Shown: positions 53,101 through 61,807 of the stretch, in pieces
Position numbering within the stretch: position 1 is the stretch's first letter
Layout of the letters: every line of letters begins with the position of its first letter
NCBI GenBank assembly: GCA_036560705.1
Contig: DATBQR010000018.1
Location: forward strand, 446-64,445
Origin: Burkholderiales bacterium
GTDB taxonomy: Bacteria > Pseudomonadota > Gammaproteobacteria > Burkholderiales > SG8-39
Direction: 5' to 3'
DNA length: 64,000 bases
The notes under the pieces: model-generated
The model's database searches: none
Told to the model about the DNA's origin: nothing
The model's input: the letters and a program-made list of their open reading frames with translations, nothing else
Program-made: the position numbers and the translations under genes

Positions 53101-53609
53101 TTGCCGGCGACCGGCGCGGGAGATGGCGCGGATTTGCCCTGTTGCGGCCAGGCGAGCGTCTCGCGCACCCCGCCGCGCTCCAGCACGACGTGGTCCGCAT
53201 GCACCTCGGCGAGACGAACGCCTGGTTCGATTTCTCCGCCTTCGCGCACCACGATCGTCTGCTTTGCGTCCAGCCGCAGCACCGCGTAGCCCGATTGGAT
53301 CTCCGGTCTGCTCTTCCTTGCAGCCACGACGCCGAGCAACCCGATTGCGGTTCCCGTCCGCGCGGCACCGGTTTGATCCCTCCCGGCGTTGCCGAACAGG
53401 CCCGCTACGGCCGGCGGCGGACCGGCGGCGGACCCCGCGACGCGGTTGCCCGCCTGTACCGCCGCACGCGGTTCAGGATCCGGGGCAAGCCACGTCCAGG
53501 TCCAGTACGCCAGGACCAGACCGAGCAGCGCGAGTGCAGCGAAAGTCGCCAGCGACACGATCGCCGTTTGGATGGGACTTGATCGTTCTAGGGAGATCGC
53601 TTCCATCAT
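53097..53609 (-). CDS. gspC: GspC-like T2SS protein (short form: TM + HR domain only)
   Basis: 170 aa with an N-terminal TM segment and an HR-like segment GYAVLRLDAKQTIVVREGGEIEPGVRLAEVHADHVVLERGG. It lies directly upstream of gspD with a 4-nt overlap. Confidence 0.55.
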   Translation of the reverse strand: MMEAISLERSSPIQTAIVSLATFAALALLGLVLAYWTWTWLAPDPEPRAAVQAGNRVAGSAAGPPPAVAGLFGNAGRDQTGAARTGTAIGLLGVVAARKSRPEIQSGYAVLRLDAKQTIVVREGGEIEPGVRLAEVHADHVVLERGGVRETLAWPQQGKSAPSPAPVAGK

Positions 53610-53719
53610 TTGTCAAGCGGAATGCCGCCCGGGGAATGGACACATCCTAGGGGACCGTCGTGCAGCCGTATGTACGCTGCCGTACAGAGCGTCCTTGCGG
53701 ACGATAGCGATAATGACCA

Positions 53720-54145
53720 ATGAATTCAAAGCATCGTGGATTCACATTGCTCGAGGTGATGGTGGTGGTGGTGATCCTCGGCATCCTCGCCGCGCTGGTG
53801 GTGCCGAAAATCATCAGCCGCCCCGACGAGGCTCGCGTCATCGCTGCGAAGCAGGACATCGCGAGCCTGATGCAGGCGCTCAAGCTCTACCGTCTCGACA
53901 ACCAGCGCTATCCCGCGACCGAACAGGGATTGCAGGCGCTGGTGGTACGGCCGGCCACCGCGCCGATCCCGCCCAGCTGGAAGGCGGGCGGGTATCTCGA
54001 GCGCTTGCCGAAGGATCCGTGGGGCGGTCCCTACCAATATCTGAATCCTGGACTGCGCGGCGAGATCGACATTTTCAGCTTCGGCGCCGATGGGGCGCCT
54101 GGCGGCGAAGGTAACGATGCCGATATCGGTTCCTGGAATCTCTAG
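53720..54145 (+). CDS. gspG: T2SS major pseudopilin GspG
   Basis: 141 aa with prepilin leader ...HRGFTLLEVMVVVVILGILAALVVP and the motif LPKDPWGGPYQY. Confidence 0.95.
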   Translation: MNSKHRGFTLLEVMVVVVILGILAALVVPKIISRPDEARVIAAKQDIASLMQALKLYRLDNQRYPATEQGLQALVVRPATAPIPPSWKAGGYLERLPKDPWGGPYQYLNPGLRGEIDIFSFGADGAPGGEGNDADIGSWNL

Positions 54146-54629
54146 GCCTCGCGGCTTCACGCTGATCGAGGTACTCGTGGTGCTCCTGATCATGGGCCTG
54201 CTGGCCGGCCTGGCAAGCACCATCGTGCGCCCCGACGAACGCGGGCTGCTTCGCGTCGAGGCCGAGCGGCTCGCCCAGTTGCTGGACCTCGCCGCAGCCG
54301 AATCGCACCTTGCGGGGAAGTCCATCGCATGGACGACAGAGGCAACCGGCTACCGGTTCTGGCGCCTGGCCGGGGACGCCGGGGAATCCGCGCAATGGTC
54401 CGAAATTCGCGACAACGATCTGCTGCGGGCGCGGACTCTGCCGCAGGGCATGACGATTTCGAACCTGCAGGTGGAGAACAGGCCCGCGCAGGGCGCCATG
54501 CGCGTGGAGTTCGCCGCATACGGGCCGACGCCTTCCTTCCGCGTCGAGATTTCCCTGGGTCCGGCGCATTACTCGGTGGCGGCATCTCCGATCGGAGAAC
54601 TGCGGGTGTCTCCGGGCAAAGGAAATTGA
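54117..54629 (+). CDS. gspH: T2SS minor pseudopilin GspH
   Basis: Start at MPISVPGISRPRGFTLIEVLVVL. Confidence 0.8.
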   Translation: MPISVPGISRPRGFTLIEVLVVLLIMGLLAGLASTIVRPDERGLLRVEAERLAQLLDLAAAESHLAGKSIAWTTEATGYRFWRLAGDAGESAQWSEIRDNDLLRARTLPQGMTISNLQVENRPAQGAMRVEFAAYGPTPSFRVEISLGPAHYSVAASPIGELRVSPGKGN

Positions 54630-54630
54630 A

Positions 54631-55026
54631 ATGCCGCTTGGGCATCGCTGTGGACGAACCGGATTCACGCTGGTTGAAGTGCTGGTCGCGCTGGCGATCG
54701 TCGCGATCGCGCTGCTCGCGGCGCTGCGGGCGGCGGGCCAGGGTACCGCGAGCGCGGGCGAACTGCGCGCGCGGCTGCTTGCCGGCTGGGTCGCGGAGAA
54801 CCTTCTGGCTGAGCATCGAGCCCGTGCCGACTGGCTGCCGCTCGGCCTGCAGCGAGGCAGGCAACTGGAGGGTGGCGTCGAATTCGCATGGCGCGAGGAA
54901 GTCGTCGCGACGCCGAATGCTGCGTTCCGTCGCATCGACGTGTTCGTGTTTCCGGATCCCGGGGAATCGCGCGCGCTTGCGCATCTCACCGGGTTTGTGG
55001 TGAATCCGCCGGCGGCCGGCAAATGA
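54631..55026 (+). CDS. gspI: T2SS minor pseudopilin GspI
   Basis: 131 aa with GFTLVEVLVALAIVAIAL. Confidence 0.85.
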   Translation: MPLGHRCGRTGFTLVEVLVALAIVAIALLAALRAAGQGTASAGELRARLLAGWVAENLLAEHRARADWLPLGLQRGRQLEGGVEFAWREEVVATPNAAFRRIDVFVFPDPGESRALAHLTGFVVNPPAAGK

Positions 55027-55616
55027 AGTGCGTTCCTGCCCGGGGCGGCTTCACCTTGATCGAGCTGCTTGCCGCGCTCCTTATCCTGTCGCTGCTGGCA
55101 ACGATGTCGTACCGCGGCCTCGGCGCCGTACTCGATACGCGCGCACACCTCAGCCAGGAGACCGCGAACTGGCAGCGCCTGGCGGCTTTCTGTGCGCGCT
55201 TCGAGCAGGACGTGCTGCTGGCGGCGCCGCGCCCGGTACGGGCTGCGTCGGGCAGCGCACCGGCGTGGCTCGGCAGGCCCGCTACGGCGCCGGGGCCGCT
55301 CCTCGAGTTCAGCCGCTTTGCCACTGCCGAGGGTGCGGATGCGCCGCGACGGGTCGCCTACGGGCTGAATGACAAGCAGGAGGTCGAACTTTGGCTGTGG
55401 CCGGGTCTCGACGTGGCGCCGTCCGCGCTGCCCGCGCGTTACCCCGTGCTCCGCGGGGTTGCGAAATTCGAATTTCAGTATCTGAATGCCGATCTGGCAT
55501 GGGTGGGCGCGTGGCCGACGTCGCCGCGTGACGCCGCCATTCCCCGGGCAGTGCGCCTACGCGTCACCCTCGCCTCCGGTGAAGAAATCGTGCGCGTATT
55601 TGCGCTCAACTCGTGA
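55023..55616 (+). CDS. gspJ: T2SS minor pseudopilin GspJ
   Basis: Start at MKCVPARGGFTLIELLAALLIL (ATGA overlap with gspI). Confidence 0.85.
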   Translation: MKCVPARGGFTLIELLAALLILSLLATMSYRGLGAVLDTRAHLSQETANWQRLAAFCARFEQDVLLAAPRPVRAASGSAPAWLGRPATAPGPLLEFSRFATAEGADAPRRVAYGLNDKQEVELWLWPGLDVAPSALPARYPVLRGVAKFEFQYLNADLAWVGAWPTSPRDAAIPRAVRLRVTLASGEEIVRVFALNS

Positions 55617-56548
55617 ACGAACCACCGCGCATCATCAGGACGCCGCAACGCGGCGTGGCTATCGTGCTCGCCATGGGCGTGGTCGCGCTCGCCGCCCTCG
55701 CCGCAGCTGGAATCATGGTGTCGCAAAGCACCTGGTCGAGGCAGGTCGAGCTGACCGCCGACCACGTCCAGGCGCAGCTCCTCATCCAGGCCGGGCTGAA
55801 TTGGGCCTGCGCCGTGTTGAGCGACGATCGCCTCGCCAGTAACGTCGACCATCTGGGCGAGCCATGGGCGCTGCAGGTGCCGCCCATTCCAGTGGACAAC
55901 GGCAGCCTCGCCGGCAGCATCGAAGACGAACAGGGCAAGTTCAATCTCAACAATCTGCTGAGGAACGGCAAGATCGACCTGGCGCAACTGGCGCATTTCC
56001 GGCGGCTGCTGTCGGTGTTGGGCCTGCCTCCCGAACCCGCCGGCGCGCTGGCCGACTGGCTCGACCCCGACGGCGAGCCCCAGCCACAGGACGGCGCCGA
56101 AGACGCGTATTACCTCTCCCTGCAGCCGCCGTATCTCGCCGCGAACCGTCCGCTCACCGACGTGGCCGAACTCGCGCTGGTGCGCGGATTCGACGAGGGC
56201 GTTCGTGCGCGACTGCGCCCGTTCGTGACGGCGCTGCCCCTCTTCACCGCCATCAACGCGAACACGGCCTCGCCTGAAGTCATTTCCGCGGTGATCGACG
56301 GCCTCAATCTCGATGCCGCCCGCGCCGTCGTGGCGCAACGCGAGCGAGGCTATTTTCGCGACTTCTCCGACTTCTTCAACCGCCTTCCCGCCGGCCGCAT
56401 CATCCCGACCGGGGATGTCTCGGTGAGCAGCGACTACTTCATCGCCACCATGCGGGCGAACATCGGCGGAGCGCAGGCGCGCGGATCGGCGCTGCTCGCT
56501 CGCGGCAATACCGGCTGGCCCGCCGTCGTCTGGCGCAAATACCCGTGA
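55613..56548 (+). CDS. gspK: T2SS minor pseudopilin GspK
   Basis: 311 aa with QRGVAIVLAMGVVAL...EDEQGKFNLNNL. Confidence 0.88.
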   Translation: MNEPPRIIRTPQRGVAIVLAMGVVALAALAAAGIMVSQSTWSRQVELTADHVQAQLLIQAGLNWACAVLSDDRLASNVDHLGEPWALQVPPIPVDNGSLAGSIEDEQGKFNLNNLLRNGKIDLAQLAHFRRLLSVLGLPPEPAGALADWLDPDGEPQPQDGAEDAYYLSLQPPYLAANRPLTDVAELALVRGFDEGVRARLRPFVTALPLFTAINANTASPEVISAVIDGLNLDAARAVVAQRERGYFRDFSDFFNRLPAGRIIPTGDVSVSSDYFIATMRANIGGAQARGSALLARGNTGWPAVVWRKYP

Positions 56549-57768
56549 GCCTGCTGCGCATCCGCGGCCCGCTCGACGAGGCGCCATCGCGCTGCCAGTG
56601 GGCGCTCATCGCCGCCGGCTGCGAACCGGTTGCCGGGGAAGGGCCGCTCTCCCAATTGCCGCGCCGCGCCGAGCGCGTGCAACTGTTGATTCCCGCCGCG
56701 CAGGTCCTGATCACGCGGGTGAGCCTGCCGCACGCGGCCAAACGCCACGCCGGATCGGTGCTTGCCTATGCCATCGAGGATGAAATCGTCGGCGAGCCCG
56801 ACGCGGGCCAGGCGAGCTGGCTCGGCTCGGCGGGCGACGAGGACGTCGTCGCGGTGATGGACAAGAAAGGCCTGAAACGCTGGCTCGATGCGCTGGCCGC
56901 CACCGGAATCCGTGCTCCGGAAGTTCATTGCGAGGCGCTGCTGCTGCCCTGGGTGGCCGGCCAATGGAGCGTCGCCTGGGACGGCCGGGAAGGCATTGTG
57001 CGCAACGGGAAGCTGGAAGGCGCGGCTACCGATTGCGGCGATCGGGAATCACCGCCGCTGTCACTTCGTCTGCTGCTGGAGGAAGCACAATCGCGCGGCG
57101 AGCGGCCCGCTTCGATCGCGCTTTATGTCGCGGCGCCGTCCGCCGCACCGGATATCGAAGCATGGCAACGCGAACTCGGCGTTGCCTTGCACCTTGCCGG
57201 ACCTTGGGAGTGGCGTGCGGCCGCGCCGCAGGCCGGCGTCAGCCTGGCGCGCCCGCGGCAACGCTGGCGCATGGCACCGGGCGTCCTGGCGCGCCTGCGG
57301 CCTGCGGCATGGATCGCCGGCGGCGCGCTCGCAATGATGGCGGTCGGTCTGGTCGCGGATTGGATGGTGCTTGCCGGCGATCAGAAGACGTTGCGTCAGG
57401 GCATGGCGGCGCGCTTTCGCTCGGTGTTCCCGGATGCGGTCGCCGTGGCGGATCCTGCGCTGCAGATGCGCCGCAAAGTCGCCGACGCGCGCCATGCCGC
57501 GGGTCGCCCCGACGGCGGCGACTTCCTGCCGATGATCGAGCAGGTGGCGGCGGCAGCGGAAGGACTTCCGGCCGGCGCAGTACGCGCTCTTTCCTATGAG
57601 GGCGGACGCATCACGCTCGAGCTCTCCGCCGTCGACGACGCGGGCGTGCGGCGCGTCGTGGCGCGCCTGCTACAGGCGGGTCTGGGCGTCGATGCAGTCG
57701 GGGCTTTGTCGTCGACGCCCGCGCGCGCGACCAGCACGACGGTGGTTTTGACCGTGCACGCGCCATGA
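56545..57768 (+). CDS. gspL: T2SS assembly protein GspL
   Basis: 407 aa, assigned from its position between gspK and gspM, a cytoplasmic actin-like N domain and a single TM segment. Confidence 0.8.
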   Translation: MSLLRIRGPLDEAPSRCQWALIAAGCEPVAGEGPLSQLPRRAERVQLLIPAAQVLITRVSLPHAAKRHAGSVLAYAIEDEIVGEPDAGQASWLGSAGDEDVVAVMDKKGLKRWLDALAATGIRAPEVHCEALLLPWVAGQWSVAWDGREGIVRNGKLEGAATDCGDRESPPLSLRLLLEEAQSRGERPASIALYVAAPSAAPDIEAWQRELGVALHLAGPWEWRAAAPQAGVSLARPRQRWRMAPGVLARLRPAAWIAGGALAMMAVGLVADWMVLAGDQKTLRQGMAARFRSVFPDAVAVADPALQMRRKVADARHAAGRPDGGDFLPMIEQVAAAAEGLPAGAVRALSYEGGRITLELSAVDDAGVRRVVARLLQAGLGVDAVGALSSTPARATSTTVVLTVHAP

Positions 57769-58250
57769 GGGCGCAATTGCGCAGGGCCTGGGAATCGCGC
57801 TTGCCGCGAGACAAGGCGATCATCGCCGCGCTCGCCGCCGTGCTGGGGATCTTCCTGTATGTGTGGCTCGTCCACTCGGCCTGGCGGGCCCGCGCGCAGT
57901 TGCACGCGAGCGTCTCGACGCTCAGAGCGCAGGCGGCGCGCCTCGACCAGCAGGCGAATGAATACAGCCGCCTGCGCGCGGCGCCGCCACCGGCAACCTC
58001 GCCAACCGATCTGCGCACGCTGCTTCAGGCCCGGATCGGCGAGGCAGGGCTCTCCCGCGCGCTGGTGCGCATCGATGCCCTGGACGTCAATCATGTCACG
58101 GCGACATTCGGCGCCCTGCCGTTCGCCGATTGGCAAGCCTGGGTCGCCAGCCTGCAGACACTACAAGTCCGTCTCGACACCGGCCGGATTGAAGCGCATT
58201 CCACGCCCGGCCTCGTAAGCGTGACCGCAACGTTCACGCGCGCCAATTAG
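57765..58250 (+). CDS. gspM: T2SS assembly protein GspM
   Basis: 161 aa with a single N-terminal TM segment. Assigned largely from position. Confidence 0.8.
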   Translation: MRAQLRRAWESRLPRDKAIIAALAAVLGIFLYVWLVHSAWRARAQLHASVSTLRAQAARLDQQANEYSRLRAAPPPATSPTDLRTLLQARIGEAGLSRALVRIDALDVNHVTATFGALPFADWQAWVASLQTLQVRLDTGRIEAHSTPGLVSVTATFTRAN

Positions 58251-58255
58251 CGACA

Positions 58256-59020
58256 ATGCAAATGGCCATGGGCTGGTGGTCGGTGGCGGCCGGTGCATAT
58301 GCAGCGGCGCTCATCGCGATGGCGCCGGCGACGCTGGCCGACGCCGCCCTGCAGGGTGCCAGCGACGGACGGCTGCGCCTTGCGGACGCGGAGGGAACGT
58401 TGTGGTCGGGCGGTGGCCAGATCGAGATCCGCGATGCGGGCGGCCGCATCGGCACGGCGAAACGGCTGGCGTGGCGCCTCCGGCCTGCCGCGCTGCTGCG
58501 CGCGCGGCTCGCCTACGAGATCACCCTAGAATCGGGCCCACGGCCGTTCCCGTTTGCGCTTTCCTGGTCGCGGATCGAGTTCGCGAACGCCGACATCAGC
58601 CTGCCGGCCGCAGCGTTGGGTCTCGGCGTACCCAGGCTTGCGCCGCTCGGCCTCACGGGTGATATGCAAATACATATAACGAGTCTGTCCGTCGCACGCG
58701 ACGGGATGGAAGGAAGCGGGACGCTGCAATGGCGTGGGGCCGGCTCCGTGCTGACGCCCATCTCGCCTCTCGGCGACTATGAAGTACGCTTCAATGCCGC
58801 GGGCCCGGCCGTGCGCGCGGCATTGAGCACGCTCGAGGGGCCGCTGCAGCTCGAAGGCAACGGCAGCTGGTCCAACGGCGCGCCGCCGAGCTTTCTTGCC
58901 GTTGCGCGGGTCCCCGCGCAGTACCGGGAGCAGCTCAGTCCACTGCTGCGCCTGATTGGCGTCGAGCGCAGCGCCGGCAGCTTCGAATTCAGCTCGAACA
59001 TGCCAGCGCTCCGACCTTAG
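58256..59020 (+). CDS. gspN: T2SS protein GspN
   Basis: 254 aa with an N-terminal TM segment. It is the last gene of the gspG-N operon. Confidence 0.75.
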   Translation: MQMAMGWWSVAAGAYAAALIAMAPATLADAALQGASDGRLRLADAEGTLWSGGGQIEIRDAGGRIGTAKRLAWRLRPAALLRARLAYEITLESGPRPFPFALSWSRIEFANADISLPAAALGLGVPRLAPLGLTGDMQIHITSLSVARDGMEGSGTLQWRGAGSVLTPISPLGDYEVRFNAAGPAVRAALSTLEGPLQLEGNGSWSNGAPPSFLAVARVPAQYREQLSPLLRLIGVERSAGSFEFSSNMPALRP

Positions 59021-59133
59021 CCGGCCGGCGCTGTGTGGGCCACCGCACAGTGCAGACTTCGCAAAAGGAGGATAACAGCTACCGGACGCTGGCCCGCCGA
59101 GCGTCGACTCTGACGAACACAAAAGGAAATGCA

Positions 59134-59943
59134 ATGAGCATCCACTCAATCAATCCCAAGACGCAGCTGCCTTTGATCGCCTTGATTCTCGCAGGGTTCC
59201 TTTCCGGATGTGGCGGCGGAGGCGGCAGTTCCGACCCGGCGGCAGCGGCGGCAGCTGCGGCGGCAGCGGCAACGGCAGCGGCAGGCCCCGCCGGCGTGTC
59301 GCCCAATCTCGGCACGGCCAGCACTTACGGGATGATTTCCGGTGCGGCGGTCACCCTTAACGGCACGGCAAGGATCGTCGGGGATCTTGCGATCGATCCG
59401 GCCAATGCCCTGAATGGCACTGGAACGGTGAGCGGATCCATACACAACGGCGACGTCATCGCGCACCAGGCGCGACTCGACCAGAACGCCGCGTTCACCG
59501 ATGCCAGCACCCGATCGAGCGCGCAGACCTGCGCCGTGTCCGGCAACCTGGTCGCGATGCCCCCGCCGCCATGCGGCACCAACACCGGCACATTCACGCC
59601 CGGGCTCTATAAATCCGGCAGCACGCTCACGATAGCGGCGGGCGGAACGATCATTCTCGACGCCCAGGGCAACGCGAACGGGGTCTTCATGTTCCAGATG
59701 GGCACCGCGCTTACCACCGGAACCGGGAGCACGGTCGTCCTCGCAAACGGCGCGCAGGCCAAGAATGTCTGGTGGATTGCGCCGGCGGGGGCAACTCTCG
59801 GCGTGACTTCAGTTTTCGTGGGAACCGTCCTGGCCGATACGGGAGCAGTCACGGTGAACAACGGCACAACTGTCGCCGGCAGATTGTTTTCAAATTCGGC
59901 GGCGGCGACGGTGAACACCGGGTCCACGGTCACGGTTCCGTAA
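59134..59943 (+). CDS. DUF3494 (ice-binding-like beta-helix) family lipoprotein A
   Basis: Start at MSIHSINPK, with RBS AAGGA. Lipobox FLSGC (Cys26) followed by a Gly5-SSDP-Ala11 tether. Family hallmarks LGTASTYGMISG..., AQAKNVWWIAPAGATLGVTSVFVGTVLA..., AGRLFS. Confidence 0.7.
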   Translation: MSIHSINPKTQLPLIALILAGFLSGCGGGGGSSDPAAAAAAAAAAATAAAGPAGVSPNLGTASTYGMISGAAVTLNGTARIVGDLAIDPANALNGTGTVSGSIHNGDVIAHQARLDQNAAFTDASTRSSAQTCAVSGNLVAMPPPPCGTNTGTFTPGLYKSGSTLTIAAGGTIILDAQGNANGVFMFQMGTALTTGTGSTVVLANGAQAKNVWWIAPAGATLGVTSVFVGTVLADTGAVTVNNGTTVAGRLFSNSAAATVNTGSTVTVP

Positions 59944-59999
59944 GCGCACCGAATCAGGTGCGCGCGGATCTACTTCAAAGCGAAATCCAGGAGAAGAAA

Positions 60000-60902
60000 A
60001 TGAGCAGAATTCAAATCCACTTCAAACCGCTGACATCGATTGCGGCATTGCTGCTGACTGCCTTCGTGGCCGGATGCGGTGGCGGTGGCGGTGGCGGAGG
60101 CGGCAGCAGCTCAGGCACAAGCGCGGCCGCGCTCGCTGCCGCGGCCGCTGGCCGGACCCTGACCGTCGCCCCGGGCGCCGGCCACGGCGTGGGAGGCGCG
60201 GGCACGGGCCCGGCGCCGGTCGATCTGATGTCCATCCTGACGAACAATCTCGTGATCCTGACGAAAACCGGGATCACCAACACCGGCAGCCATGGAACCC
60301 ATATCACCGGGAATATCGGCTCCAGCCCGATCACCTCCGCAGCGATGAATACGGTGTTCTGTACGGAAATAGCCGGAACGATATTCGGCGTCGACGCGGC
60401 CTATGTCGGCAGCGGCTCGCAGGTATGCTTTGCGGGCAACCCGCCGGCGTCCAACAAGACCCTGGTGGACAACGCGGTGCTCGACCAGGGAACCGCCTAC
60501 GCGGACGCCGCCGGGCGTGCGCCCGACTACGTGGAACTGGGTGCCGGAGCGATCGGCGGGATGACCCTGCCGCCTGCCGTCTACAAGTGGAGCACCGGCG
60601 TATCGATCCTGTCGGACGTCTTTCTCGCAGGCGGCCCGAACGACGTCTGGATCCTCGAGATCGCGGGCGACATCACCATGGCAAGCGCGGTGAAAGTGAC
60701 GCTCCTTGGCGGCGCGCTGGCAAAGAACGTTTTCTGGCAGGCCGGCGGCCCGACCGGCGTGGCCCTTGGAACGACTGCGCATTTCGAAGGCGTCCTGCTG
60801 GCTACGAAAGCGGTCACCGTGAATACCGGCGCTACCGCAAACGGCAGGTTCCTGTCGCAAACGACAGTTACACTCGACGCCAATACGATAGTAAGCCCGT
60901 AA
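60000..60902 (+). CDS. DUF3494 (ice-binding-like beta-helix) family lipoprotein B
   Basis: Start at MSRIQIHFKPL, with RBS AGGAGAAG. Lipobox FVAGC (Cys26) followed by a Gly9-SSS tether. Family hallmarks ALAKNVFWQAGGPTGVALGTTAHFEGVLLATKAVTVNTGATANGRFLS. Confidence 0.7.
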   Translation: MSRIQIHFKPLTSIAALLLTAFVAGCGGGGGGGGGSSSGTSAAALAAAAAGRTLTVAPGAGHGVGGAGTGPAPVDLMSILTNNLVILTKTGITNTGSHGTHITGNIGSSPITSAAMNTVFCTEIAGTIFGVDAAYVGSGSQVCFAGNPPASNKTLVDNAVLDQGTAYADAAGRAPDYVELGAGAIGGMTLPPAVYKWSTGVSILSDVFLAGGPNDVWILEIAGDITMASAVKVTLLGGALAKNVFWQAGGPTGVALGTTAHFEGVLLATKAVTVNTGATANGRFLSQTTVTLDANTIVSP

Positions 60903-60926
60903 GGTTCCAGCGCAGCGCTTGAGGCG

Positions 60927-61746
60927 TCACGCCTTCAGCACCAGCCGGCCGTCCTTCAGCTGGACCTGATTGACGGTCGGATCGTCGGCATGGACCGCCA
61001 GCATGTTGATGCCGAAGATGAACGAGCGATAACCCAGCTCGGCCACGAAATTTTCGATCGCAGCGCGGTCCGACTTGATGACTTCGACGATCATGATTGG
61101 ACGGTGGCGAGCCAGCGCGGCACGGCCGCCGCGCAGCACTTCCAGCTCCATCCCTTCGACATCGAGCTTCACCAAGTCCAGCCGGGCCATTTCGAGAGAA
61201 TCCAGGTTCACCACGCGCACGCTGGCGCTGGCGTCGGCCTCGTATGAAATTCTGCCCGATGAACTCGTTCCCGGCGCCCCGCCGCAATTCCAGGCTGCCG
61301 AAACTCGACGGCACGCAGTAGTCCGGTTGCGGCACGGCCAGTTCGCCGGAAATCTCGCCCAGGGCGGCAAACCACGCGCGGGCATTCAGGCAGTTGTTCA
61401 AGGCGACGTTGCCGGCCAGGGCGTAAAACAGGATCTCCTGGGCCTCGAAGGCGATGACATTCCCCCAACCCGCCGTGTGCCTCGCCCACTCAATGGTGTG
61501 CACGCCGATGTTGGCGCCGCCGTCGATGGCGACCACGCCGTCGCCGAAATGCCGGCGGCGGCAGTCGAGCAGGGACAAGGCGAGGCACACCTCTTCTTCG
61601 TCGAAACCCGATCTGTTGAGGATCTGGAACCCGACGCCGTAGCCGCTGGTGGCATCGGTCATCTGGTAATCATTGCGATTGACGATCATGACGCCATGGT
61701 TGCACGCGGCCAGGACGAAGGCGATCGGACGTGGTGGAAAGGCCAT
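60927..61746 (-). pseudogene. FkbM family methyltransferase, split by a frameshift near 61250
   Basis: The N-terminal part (61746 down to about 61252: ...VVAIDGGANIGVHTIEWA...GAGNEFIGQ) and the C-terminal part (ISYEADASASVRVVNLDSLEMARLDLVKLDVEGMELEVL... to 60927) lie in frames offset by 1 nt. The junction falls in CAGAATTTC. Confidence 0.6.
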
Positions 61747-61807
61747 GGATGAAGGTCTCCGCGAAGTCGCCTAGTGTAATTGCATGTTCCCGCGCGCTGC
61801 GCGCAGC

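Noticed and set aside
59021-59999. Hairpins after gspN (GCGCTGTGTGG-gcca-CCGCACAGTGC, about 59028-59053) and after the first DUF3494 gene (GCGCACC-gaatca-GGTGCGC, about 59946-59965) considered as terminators.
   Set aside because: Neither is followed by a T-tract. They may modulate mRNA stability, but I cannot support calling them terminators.
59212-60113. GGN/GCN triplet repeat runs considered as a CRISPR, VNTR or non-coding repeat.
   Set aside because: They are in frame inside the two lipoprotein genes and encode Gly/Ala tethers. There is no repeat-spacer architecture. No CRISPR array exists anywhere in the window.
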